Assembly: GCA_000934665.2 (NCBI GenBank)
Contig: JYFJ02002294.1
Location: 1-59,892, forward strand
Reading direction: 5' to 3'
Length of the DNA stretch: 59,892 nucleotides
From: Catajapyx aquilonaris
Lineage: Eukaryota
Part shown: positions 13,041 through 24,402 of the stretch, one piece after another
Numbering within the stretch: the stretch's first letter is position 1
How the letters are laid out: every line of letters starts with the position of its first letter
The notes under the pieces: generated by a model
Seen by the model: the letters and a program-made list of their open reading frames with translations, nothing else
Databases searched by the model: none
What the model was told of the DNA's origin: nothing
Program-made: the position numbers and the translations under genes

Positions 13041-14056
13041 CATTGTAGAGAACCAGTGAATTAACAAGAGAAAAAAGAAAGAAAAAAGAAGAAAAAAATG
13101 ACTTTTTTTTTTTAAATACAAGGACACAAGACTGAACCTTCTGTCATGCGCACAGGACGTTGGCAAGAAAGTTAAATAGGTTGTAGTGATTTTCAGTAGT
13201 AAGATCATAGGTCATTCTAATCAAGTTGAGACCCGGAGCAGGTGGGAATGCTTGTAAAAATCTACTTCAGGGTGTGGCTAATGCCGGACACTGATAAAGT
13301 ATGTGGTATAGGTTGAAGGGTTCGTCGTAATTGCAAAGATCACAGTGTTCCTCCTCACTTAGCTTCAGAGATTGCATATTAATCCTAATATAGGTGGAGT
13401 TATTTTTAATATTGATAAGCATACGGGTTATTGGAAGAGGTAAGGAGCTTTGGAGATATTGCGTCGTATTTACTTCGTCGAACCATGCCTCTTTATAACT
13501 GCCATATCTGGAGGTGTTTAAAAGTTTCGCCAAATCCGCCTGAAAACTATTCGCCGCAAGTTGTTCAAGGTAACCCTTGATGTCAATATCGTTTATCTGG
13601 GCGAGATCTGTACCCGAGATTGCAAGGTGTTTTAAAACCTGGTCTATCCAGCACATGCGTTTGGTTTGGCCCGTCGCCAAGATTTGACTTCTGATGTGTG
13701 CCTTGTGGAGAAGGGTTTCCTCATCTGCTCTGTCAAGTTTAACTAAGAATCTAAACAGCGATTTAATTATTCGTGGCCGAATGGGACACAGGTCTAATTC
13801 CAGTCTTAAGAAATAGCCCGCTGTCGACTTTGGGAGTGCAAAGAATTTTTTAATGAACATGTTAAAAACCCCCTCCAGTTCATCAAAGTAATTTAATGAC
13901 CAAACTGGTGCTGCATATGTCAAGGTCGGGAAAATTTTTGCGTGGAATAGTTTGAGAGCCGTTGCAAAACTCCGTATCTTAAGCTTCAGGAGTGAAGCCC
14001 AGAGCGCGTGTATAGCTGCTTTTGCCTTAGCAATAAAAAACTGCGCCGTGCGTCTG
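12817..14056 (-). mobile_element. 5'-truncated non-LTR retrotransposon (post-RT region plus CCHC finger; RTE-X-like)
   Basis: ORF 13267-14064 has KLFHAKIFPTLTYAAPVWS...FFALPKSTAGYFLRLELDL and C-terminal CDLC...NLYHILYQCP; 3' UTR ends in a hairpin and (TAAA)n tail at ~12817-12870. Confidence 0.85.
12906..13040 (+). mobile_element. Short retroposon 3' end nested in the LINE 3' UTR
   Basis: Hairpin CGCCCTAAGGGGTAACCCCATGGCG, AATAAA, long (ATT)n; perfect 14-bp TSD CATTGTAGAGAACC at 12892-12905 and 13041-13054. Confidence 0.85.
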
Positions 14057-14066
14057 GTTATCATGT

Positions 14067-14431
14067 AATAATAATAACAATAATAATCCTTGGGTAGTGC
14101 CTGACCTTATAATTATAGGGTATGCGGCACGGACCTTTATTATACTTGAAGTACAATGCAGTACAATGCTGGAACCTTGAGCGAATCGCCCGGGCCCACG
14201 GGCAGGATGACAGGAGGGGATGTGCAAGGTGCAGTGCAATGTCTTAAACGTGGCCATTTTTAGTGAACTCCCCTGGGTGGTTTAGTCTGTAGGAAATACC
14301 ACCCGAGATGAAGCCAGAGGTGACCCTGAACTCTGCACGAGATGAAGGGGGTGTCCCTGGGCTGGGATCGAACCCAGGAACTTAACATCCGTGGGCGCAT
14401 ATACGTTACCGCAGCACCACTCCGCCTCCCC
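14067..14431 (-). mobile_element. Full-length tRNA-derived SINE
   Basis: Minus strand begins GGGGAGGCGGAGTGGTGCTGCGG (A box) ... GGGTTCGATCCC (B box) and ends in (ATT)n; related partial copy at ~27670-27817. Confidence 0.85.
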
Positions 14432-15777
14432 ATTCTGTTATCATATGATGGACCGAGAAGGGCGCGCCTAAATTACGCAGGTAGCAAGGGTTTTGCATTG
14501 TTGCATTGCAATGGGCACACAGTTGTTGTCATGTCTGCACCATTTACTTTCACCAAGATACTACATTAAAATATGTAACTAGTTCAACATAAGCCTGTAT
14601 TTGTTCCATAAAGTTTCTAGATATACGTACTTATAAATTTTATTATAAGTATATCTAGAACCTTGATGGAACAAATACAGGCTTATGTTGAACTAGTAAG
14701 CCTGGTAAAAAGGTCTTATTCTGTTGAAATGAAAGTAAAATTGGTTCTGGATGCGAAATCTTGGTGGACAATGTACTTTTTAATGTTAGAAGCTTCTGAA
14801 AGAGAAAGGCAAAGTACCAGTGGTTTATTTGTAATCAGAAGAAACTGTGTACTTTCAAGGGCTAAAGAAATGGCCATGTTATTGTGGTACTACAATTTAA
14901 AAAATAAAAATAAGAAAGTAACCAAAATGAGATATATTCTCCGCAACAGGTAAATCACGACTGTTCTATTAGACAGACAAATCAGCAACCCTCCCATTCC
15001 AAACAAACTACCCAACACACTGAGTACATAGCAACAGTTTCCATGAAAATCCACCAGACAACAATTATGCCCAGTCCGGTTGGCAGAACTGGCACACTAC
15101 AATATAAAATGGAAGAGTATTTGCATAATTATAATCTACACACAACATATTCACACATCTCACATTATTCACATCTTCACATCACTTTATACATTCTAAT
15201 AATGTATATGCTATGTAAATAGTTGTTATACTGTATTTCAGTGCATGGTTTGAAGCAATAAATTCATGTTTCCAATTTATCTTGCACATGAAATTTATTA
15301 TGGGAAGCCTAGACTTTGCAGATCAGATTAAGCCATTTCAGGCACTTTTTTCTCTCTCTCTCCTTGCATTGTTACGTTTACAACTTTTTGTGAGAGATAG
15401 CTTAGGTCATTGCAGCTATTCAGATACTACTCAAATGATGAAGAAGTGACTTTCAATTGTACTTGTTGCATACAAGTGGCATTGGCTATTTTGTGAGGCA
15501 GATGTGTAAAACAAGAAGTGCTTGTAACCAAAACCTGTTATTGTGGCCCTCTCTATTGTGTTCCTGAAGAGGATAAAGCTTGACATTGAACAGATTGGAA
15601 TTGTAAGTAACTCATGAGACTGCAAAGAACATTCTAATTGATCACATGGTAATCATGGTGGCTGCTTAATGGCAAAATCGGAATACTGTATAGTTGAGAG
15701 ATAGTTTGACATAAGTTTCCTTGCAGAAAAAGATAAAGAAAACCATAGGCACTAATTAAGGTTCAGACTGAAGGGAC

Positions 15778-16742
15778 ATGCAGGTGACAAAGTATGCCCA
15801 ATGTTATGTGTGTACCTTGTTCTTGTTGTCAGGTAAGTCTAATTTATTACTAATGGAAGCGTGTGCTATACTGATATAATTATCCGTAATTCATTTTAGG
15901 ATTTGTGACCGTCCACTCTGCAAAGAATGAAACTATGTGCAAACATAAACCATTGAAGACACTCATTAACGAAGCTCGGAAAAAGTTTGACATCGGGAAT
16001 AAAATCCCTGTGGGCAGGGAAGAACTGATCCCAATTTGCCTGTATGCAAGTTATATTAAAATTATGAATTGCCCAGTGTGTAAGGTCATTGAATAGTTTC
16101 TTTTCAGGAAGCATCAATCTGTCAGTGTAGCAATTGGAGAAATTGCAAAAGATTGTGCCCCAAAATATCTTCAAGCGATGGCTGTAAAAAGTATAACTCA
16201 GTTCATGAAAAATATCTGCACTGGAGGCCTTTACCAAAATTGTATGAATGCTTTAATAATATTTTGTTTTCAAGTATTCTCAGGGTCTTATGCAACCAAA
16301 TCGAAATGATAATATTGTTTCTTCCATTTTCTTCCAGTGTATTATTCGAATTCTAAGTGCTTAGATGCTAGTTTTGAAATAGGCTTAGAATGCGTTTCCA
16401 CGTTTGTGATGATGGTGAGGGACAAACTTTATAAATTGGAGATTATCAAGCTGTGCTGGTGAGCAATTGGAGCAAGTGCTGGCCGACTCAGTGACATTGC
16501 CAAGCAGTCATTCTTTTCTTTCACCAGTCCCATAAAGACGTTATGGACTTGCATGACGGATTGGGCACAGAAATGCAGCCCTGGTGGAGCTACTTTCATG
16601 GAAAAGACGTTCGCACAAACTACTCCGGAGATGGTGAATGTAAGTGCCATTTGTAGACTGTAATTTTCTTGTTTCATTTACTCCTTTTTTTTCCCCTTCC
16701 ATATCAAAGCTTCTATGCAGATCAGAAAAGTGCTCCACATGA
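15778..16742 (+). CDS. Secreted 12-Cys protein, paralog 2 (198 aa). Exons 15778-15832, 15900-16041, 16108-16241, 16338-16458, 16528-16639, 16710-16742
   Basis: Spliced ORF ...CTGGLYQNLYYSNSKC...CCPIKTLWTCMTDWAQKC...LLCRSEKCST*; intron phases 1,2,1,2,0. Start codon and the last (AAG) acceptor are less certain. Confidence 0.8.
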
Positions 16743-17672
16743 CCGCACCATGTGTCTCCCGCCAGGATACATGTGATGTAGATGTGGATGTATCCAACTG
16801 GTTTTAATGCTTTTTTTTTGTCCCTTCTGTTGAATTCTGATCAGCAGGACTTTCCAATGTGGACAGTTGAAATACATGGCTCACTTACCCCAGAGTTGTG
16901 TGAAATACTGTTGGGGCCAAATTCTCATTGTTAATGCGGCATATACTAATTTTATAACCAAATATCGACCCTTGTGAAATGAATGAATGTGACGTTGAAC
17001 TGAACTATTGATCTAGGCCTGCAGAACCAGGATTGTAATATTATATTGCTAGTGATATCCAGTGGAACTGTTTATTGTTTTGTTAATATTTACAGCCTTT
17101 TGTGAATGATACCTGGGGTTATACAACACTGACATTCAGTTGGTAGAGAATGGAATATTGTAGTTGTAAATTCTGTGACATGAAAGCATTAAAATTTGGT
17201 ATCAGTTATGTTTGTACAGACATGAGCCCAAGAGTGCTTTTTCACCCATTTCGTCACCAAACGTCATTTTGTATATGTGTATTAGGCACTCTCCCACTTG
17301 GCTGCCCTGCAGCACGCAGTAAGTAGGGGCGGTTTTTGTAGCCTATTATTTTTTTCCTGCAAATATCACCTGGGTAATTGGAAAAGTGTAGTTAATGCAC
17401 CATAATATTGTAAGATAAGGGTAATCCTATGGCAAAGGCAACGTGAACTTGTAGGGCAACCCAGAACAACTTACCGAACATACTTTTGTCTCAGTTTCTC
17501 TTATCTAGTTGTAAATTGGGTCCAGTATTTGAAAGCAGCTGCGGCTACTCTTTATGGAGTTATTCGTAATATTTAATACAGCCCGAACTCTGTACATGAT
17601 AATTATCATGATGATGATTATATACTAATACTAATAACATTTTTGTGCAGATAGGGGGAAACACAAGTCATT

Positions 17673-18410
17673 ATGTTTCCACACTATTGCCTACATGTTT
17701 TCCTGCTTCTAGCAGTAGGTAAGTCTACTTCACATTGTTTGTGTACCATATGTCACCAATGTCACTTATTATCGAGTTTGCTGATAAGTTATTGCTGTAC
17801 AATTCAGGATTCATGACTGCCAGTGCTCAAATGTGTGAAGAACCCTTTACGATGGAGCACATCATCCCATATCTGAATAAGAAGTATTCCTTCACTGGAA
17901 CTGTCCCAAAGGATGCTGATGAAGTGACCACCGTATGCACGTACGGACAATTTTACCAGAGCAATTGTGTGCTGTGTAACTAAAAAATGCTGTTTTAATA
18001 AGTGACGGTTTTAAAACTTTTTTCTTGATAATGTTAGCCTGGAATTATTACCTTTTAATACCGTAACACTTTTAAGAACATGTGGCGCTTAAAAATGCCT
18101 CATAAACATAAGATTCATTTGTTACACAGACCGAAGCAGTGGTAGCGGAGGGGATATGGTATCCGACTGCTAATCGGGAGGTCCTGGGTTCGAACCCCGG
18201 GGGCCGCCGACCCTGACCGTGGTTTTCCATGGTCCCACCAGGACAATTCTGGGGTCGTGTCCGTAATTATAGGCCACAGCCGCTTCCTTCCGTCCCTATC
18301 CCATCCCCAATAAGGAAAAAGTAAAAATGCAAGAAAGAGTTCCAGACAGAAAAAAATATGGTGGTATCCCACCCCCCTAAGAGAGCCCATGGCTCTAGCA
18401 CGGGGTACAA

Positions 18411-18483
<73 letters not shown>

Positions 18484-19353
18484 GTTACACAGCACCATTG
18501 TTGTATATATCACTCAAAATGATGGAGACACTTTTGCATTTGGCTTCAATTCAAAATATTGTCTCCATCTTTTTGAGTGATACAGTACATTCTGTAGGAC
18601 ACTGTTTATGTGTAACAATTTTGCCCACTTTCAGTAACACTACAGACCTTCGCCTGGACTTGGGTAAATTTATAAAGCCATGCATACCTTCAATGGCACA
18701 CCCATTGGCGGCGAAAGGTCTTGACGTCGTGTTTCAACAACTATGCACTGAAGGGCCCTTAAAAGAGAGTATGTTTTGGAACACTAATAACTCACTATCC
18801 ATTTAAAAATATTTTACTTTGCTCATTTTTACTCTTTTTCTAGCAATTGTGCTGAGTGCTCCTTGTGTAAATGAGAAAATCCTAGGTGGATTTCAATGCG
18901 TTACTAATTTACTTGAAAAGTTGACAGAGGTCCTTGCAAAATATGAACTTAAGAACGCCTGCTGGTGAGGACTAATATCACAGTTGGTGATGTGAGAATA
19001 TTGCAGCCATTGCCTTTATTTATTTATTTTCTTTCGCAGTCCCGTCAAACAGTTTTCAGGTTGCATGACAAGGTGGTCAAGTCAGTGCAATGATGAAGTG
19101 GTTACCTTTTTTGAAAAAGCGATCCAAACAATTATTCCCGCCATGTTCAATGTAAGTTTAAAGTGTGTCTTATTACTGTACATACAGTATAATGTGCAGC
19201 ATAATGGCATTTATTGGTTTTGTTTCACTCTTGCAGATACTGTGCAAAAATGCTAAGTGTGCTCGACTAGCACCAACTGGTGATGGAACACCACCAGCTC
19301 CAACTACCACAACACCACCTCCTCCACCAGTGGATCAATTCGGGTACTACTAA
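17673..19353 (+). CDS. Secreted 12-Cys protein, paralog 3 (220 aa, Pro/Thr-rich tail). Exons 17673-17718, 17808-17940, 18635-18768, 18844-18964, 19040-19151, 19237-19353
   Basis: MFPHYCLHVFLLLAVGFMTASA signal-like start; ...CCPVKQFSGCMTRWSSQC...ILCKNAKC; same exon phases as the other paralogs. Confidence 0.85.
18130..18483 (+). mobile_element. tRNA-derived SINE with Talua/Lm1 (Inv)-like core, in intron 2 of paralog 3
   Basis: A box and B box (GGGTTCGAACCC); core CTGACCGTGGTTTTCCATGGT...TAGGCCACAGCCGCTTCCTTCC; 3' stem-loop; (ATT)n tail; TSD GTTACACAG at 18121-18129 and 18484-18492. Confidence 0.85.
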
Positions 19354-21290
19354 TTGGCTACGTCTGTCTGTTTGTTTGTCCAGGGTGAGGCATCACCTCA
19401 AGTCAGCCACCACCAGGACAGGTTGGTGTGGGTGGCTGACACACCCCGATTAAACAACAAGCCTGCTGATGACAATGTATAAAGTGGTGACAGAAATACT
19501 ATTGCAGACGGCACCATCATGCACAGCATACCCATTGTGTAAGATGGCAAATTCTTTGAGGCATTGTGAATTATAATCTATGGAAATAAAAGTATCAATC
19601 AGCATGGATGAAATGTGATTTATTTTTATGTGCAGTATATTTTTGATGGGTTCTTTCTGCGTTTGCATGATTTTTCTTCTTGCTGTCATACAGTTTGAGC
19701 TTTTTTTTTTCGGCTTTCTCCTTTTTCCGATCCCTCGTTGCTTGGTCATGATTACTACGCTAAAGGACCAAATTAACCAACCAGCAACAGCTGTTCATCC
19801 ATGACACATCCATGCTCTGATGGTCCAGTTGCATAGAAGAAGCATATAATTGTGCAGGTATCTTTTTTCTCCCTCTTAACGAGGGAACAGAAGAGTCATT
19901 AGATCTTTGTAGTTTAGTAAGCGGCCACAAAGACCATTCACAGTAAACCAGACAACACAACAACAATAGACCACCAACTTGCTTTTTTCTTCTTTTTTTC
20001 CCTTACTCATGGTGTGGCCTTAGGTGCCTTGGGACCTAATATTCAATCTACGTTTTTTCCCCCCTTTTGGACACATGAGTACCTAAAGCTGTACTATATT
20101 CATGTGTAGCTATACTGCTAAATTAGGAACTTGTTTTTACTACACGGTGATAACATGTAATGGTATTCAGTTATCTATTTAATACTTTATGAAAGGAATT
20201 CATAATATTAGAGTTTTTGTGCTACTACAATATAGAATGTACTTGTTTTATAAGGTGAAAATTAGTAGAGCATATTACATGATTGCAGACTATTTTTATG
20301 CATTTTGCATTGTCTGCAATTTATTTGTAAAAGCAATTCTCCTCTCAGGAATGTCATATTGCTACTGACCCTAATAAATTGATGTTATGTTAATAATAAT
20401 TAATACTGTTTCCAAGTAGGCCTTAGAGTTTTGCAAGTGAAGCAATTCCATGAACTGATAATATGTGTATACTTACAGTTAGTGAGTCGCATGAGGGATT
20501 TATTTAGCAATTTTCAAAATCATCCTGCACAGGAGTTTGTGAGCCAAGTTTATTGGTTTTCTGAGAAGATGGTCCACGATACCTGGCAGTCATTGTTAAT
20601 AATTTTTTACAGCCGATTGTGAAAGGTATACCAAGCACTCTCGTCCATTTCCCTTCAGTGTAAAGTGTCAATTGTGTAATGTCTACGTAAATGCAAGAAA
20701 AAAGTGTTTCGAGATCTTTTTTTGTTATCTGGAAGAGCATAAAACTAGTGCTATAGGTAATGTGGGTAGCAAGTTGTGTTTTCTAAACTTATCCAGCTTC
20801 TCTGGCACGTAGGCATATCATAGAAGCAGTTATTATTGCTAATTAAGTACTAACGTCACTAATAAAATGAGGGAGCAGTGGCTACGTATGTTAGGCGTCC
20901 CGTGTGCAAAATCAGTGGAAATTTTAGTGCAGTATTTTTAACAAATTCTTCGTCTCTGGAAAAGCTGATGGATTCAGTTTCAAGCTTTGGATTGTAATGC
21001 AAAGTTATCTGTGCAAGTGTGACAAAATATTCACGTGTTATTGTGGCAAAAAATAATAATATCAGTGCTGTTACATCAAATGAAAGGGAAGATGAGGTAT
21101 GCTTTTTGACGTTACCTGTTGTACTCAGGGTGTACTCTCAGTAAAGTAGAGGCTATTTCAAATGCAATTTTTAATGTCATTCACCTTGCTGTTGTGTTGG
21201 TAGTTGGCGGTGCCATATTTGCGCAATTATTTGTTGTTTTCACAGAGTCTTGCCCTTAACAGATTGTGAGGAACTGAGACCTATGGCAAT

Positions 21291-22633
21291 ATGCATTCAT
21301 ACCGACTGCACCATCTTGCTGTCCTGATTCTGGCAGGTACACTTGCCCAGCAACACTGGTGCATTGAAATCTTTCAACTGACATGTTTTCTTGCCTCAGA
21401 GTTAACTGCAGTTACCCTTGCACGCAATTGTGTGTTTAATGATGTGCAATCGCAAATGAAAGCAATGGTGCGGAAACATTTTGGCATGACAACCCACATA
21501 CCCGTAAAGCAGGAAGACATTTTCAACGGATGCAGGTTTCATCTCTATATTATTCTCTTTCAAAACGCATCATGCATTCCCATCATGAGTGTACGATTTA
21601 TTTGTTGTTTTTAGGACAGTTAATATTTTGAAACTGGCGACGCTAGATCTTTCAAAGGATTGCTTTCCAGCAATGGCAAGACCAATTATCATGAGCGCCT
21701 TGGACTCCTTATTTGACAAGATGTGCATCCCTGGACACTACCAACAGGGTCTGAACAACTTTGTGTACATGTCTTACAACCAAATTACATTTTGTATTTT
21801 ACTTACAGTGTACCTGAAGAACGCTAAGTGTTTTAATGACCGTTGGCTTGGAGCCATTTCCTGCATCAGTACAGCAGTGTCTGCCGTTAACAGTGCCACA
21901 GTCTTCAAGGTTTTAAACATGTGCTGGTTAGATTTAATTCTGAGCCTGAAATCAAACTGTGTGACATTTATTCCCCCTTCCTAATTGTCGTATTTCCTTT
22001 TTTTCAGTCCTGCAAAAAATTTACTCTCCTGCGTCCACACCTGGTCTAAAGAATGCAGCGCAAAAGGGTCTGAATTCATGATCCAGACTATAAAAGCTAT
22101 TATTCCCCCCTTATTTAAAGTAAGTAAAAGTGATCTTTGCTAATTGTAGCCTTTAAGTGCACAGTTAGGCCCCTTTCAAAATTACTTTAAGAATTTAAAA
22201 AAATTATAAAAATTGAAGAAGAAATAATCTTACATAAAGTATTGGAGATCAATGAATATGATCATCACAATTACTTCACTTGTGGGCTAGATCTGTGTAA
22301 TGATATGCATAATGATGGAATTACATAATCAAGTTAGTCATGAGATTTGGAAGGATATATTGCAATAGGCATTAAATATGCATAGTGGCTCTCAGCAAAT
22401 GGAAAAGTACCATTGGGGGGCATAATAATATTGTGCAATTTTTATCAATAATATCTGATGAGATATAGTAATGTCGCCCAATTTTCCAATTTCAGACTCT
22501 TTGCAAAATGTCGCAGTGTCCTGTGAATACAGATGAATTTTTGCCGGCTGACGCCCGAAACTCACCAAAGTCACCGCTCTCGTCGTCTATAAAACGTTTA
22601 TCATCTAGTTTGTTCTCTCGTCTTGGTGGGTAG
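21291..22633 (+). CDS. Secreted 12-Cys protein, paralog 4 (227 aa). Exons 21291-21336, 21400-21535, 21615-21748, 21809-21926, 22008-22119, 22496-22633
   Basis: MHSYRLHHLAVLILAELTAVTLA start; ...CIPGHYQQVYLKNAKC...CCPAKNLLSCVHTWSKEC...TLCKMSQC; same exon phases as the other paralogs. Confidence 0.85.
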
Positions 22634-22874
22634 GACATGGTTGTGTTGAAATGTGCAAAAGCGGTTGTCATGCAAAATTCGTCGTTCATTTCTACCAAGG
22701 AAGCACGCTGACGGCATGCATATAATTATTTGTGTTGTGTGTTACATTATTGCAATCTGTACAACCCAAATGGTAATCTGTGGTTCTTATAATGCTGCAT
22801 TATAGTATGTATAATAATTGTGGAAATAGTGCATGGTATTAATGTACCTTACAGATGATTTGTGATTGTGCTTA

Positions 22875-23050
22875 GTAATATCATTGTAATTTTATTATAG
22901 GCTACTCTAATATTATTGTAATTTTGTTATACTCTAATGTTATTGTAATTACGTATATTATACTCTAATATTATTGTATGATGTAATTATATAATACTCT
23001 AATATTGTTGTATGATGTAATTTTGTTATACACTAATATTATTGTAATTT
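22875..23050. repeat. AT-rich degenerate minisatellite (ATACTCTAATATTATTGTAATT-like units)
   Basis: About five imperfect tandem copies are visible. Confidence 0.7.
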
Positions 23051-24402
23051 TAGGACAAAAATGAGAAAAAAAAATCGTTTAGCAACTTATTTATAAGCTG
23101 GTATGATCCTGTCATTTAAACTGCTGTTTTACAATAAGTTAGTAGTCAAAAATCATGTGAAAATAAATGAGACTGTAGTACACAATTATTATTATTATTC
23201 ACATGTTGATCAGCAGCTGCTGGTGAGCTTTCATTTTATAAGTTGATATGTCTTTGTTGGCAACAATAAACAGACCGGTATCACATTTTGCCAAAGGTTA
23301 GTTGGGACGACTGCATCTATATTTACATAATACAGGTTTGTTCAATACTTCTCTTTGGCTCAGTTTACAAGTTTACCTTACAAGTTACATGCACAAGTCA
23401 TAAGATTGGCCCAGAGCGTATAATATTATTTTCTATTCTTATCACCATCTTCACAATGTAATAGAGCAACAGGAAAATGCATTATTATTACATACAATAA
23501 CGACATTGGACTCGTCCGTTTGCATACATGCTGCAACATGTGATAAAAAAAATTGCAGTTACACGGCCGTAAAACACAGCGAGTTGCGCACTTGTTGGCC
23601 AGATAACACATGTAAAAGCTCTTTTTTCAGGTCACTTTTTTGTTGTGCAGTAGATTAGAGGAGACGAGCTATCAAAATATTTATTATGGAACATTTTATG
23701 AGTATTAACAATCTTTTGTTAAGTCGCACAAGGTGAACGTTTTTCGACAGTACTGATGTCACATTTGCCCAAACCGTATGAATGTATGACGTCCTGTATT
23801 TTCCATTACACTGCACTGGTACTTGAACAATTAAAATAACGCATAGTAACGCATAGTGACGCATATAATAACGCATAGTAACGCATATAGTAACGCATAG
23901 TAACACAAGGTACAAAAAACCTACAATATATATTTCAGATGTTCCAAATGATATGTGGAAGCGCAGATAACCATCAATTTATACATATACTAATGTTTTT
24001 TTAAAAAAATTGTCCAATAAAACATTTTTTGATTTGAAATTGCCCGGCATAATTCGCCACTAGAGGCACTGCCGCATTCGATTACAGCGCCATGCGGCAG
24101 ATGGTGGCAAACACATTTTGAATGTGCTGATTACAGTGACTCTGTATAAAGAGTCATGTGTAATGCAGAAATTGCAGTAATTCCATTTTTTAAAAATTGT
24201 CCACCACTTCAGGTGAGTGTGTACTGCCAATTATGTACAGTACATTCGAAGTACCAACCGGTCAGTATGCAGCGAACGGGTCGGCAAACGGGGCAGTGAT
24301 GAACGGCAGTGAAGGCAACTTTGACAATGCGGATTGGAAGGACATGTTCATGTGACACTCAACGTTCCATTCATGAATTTTGCAGATTTGTTTCAACCCA
24401 AA

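Noticed and set aside
12936..13208. Poly-Ile ORF
   Set aside because: Translation of the (ATT)n retroposon tail.
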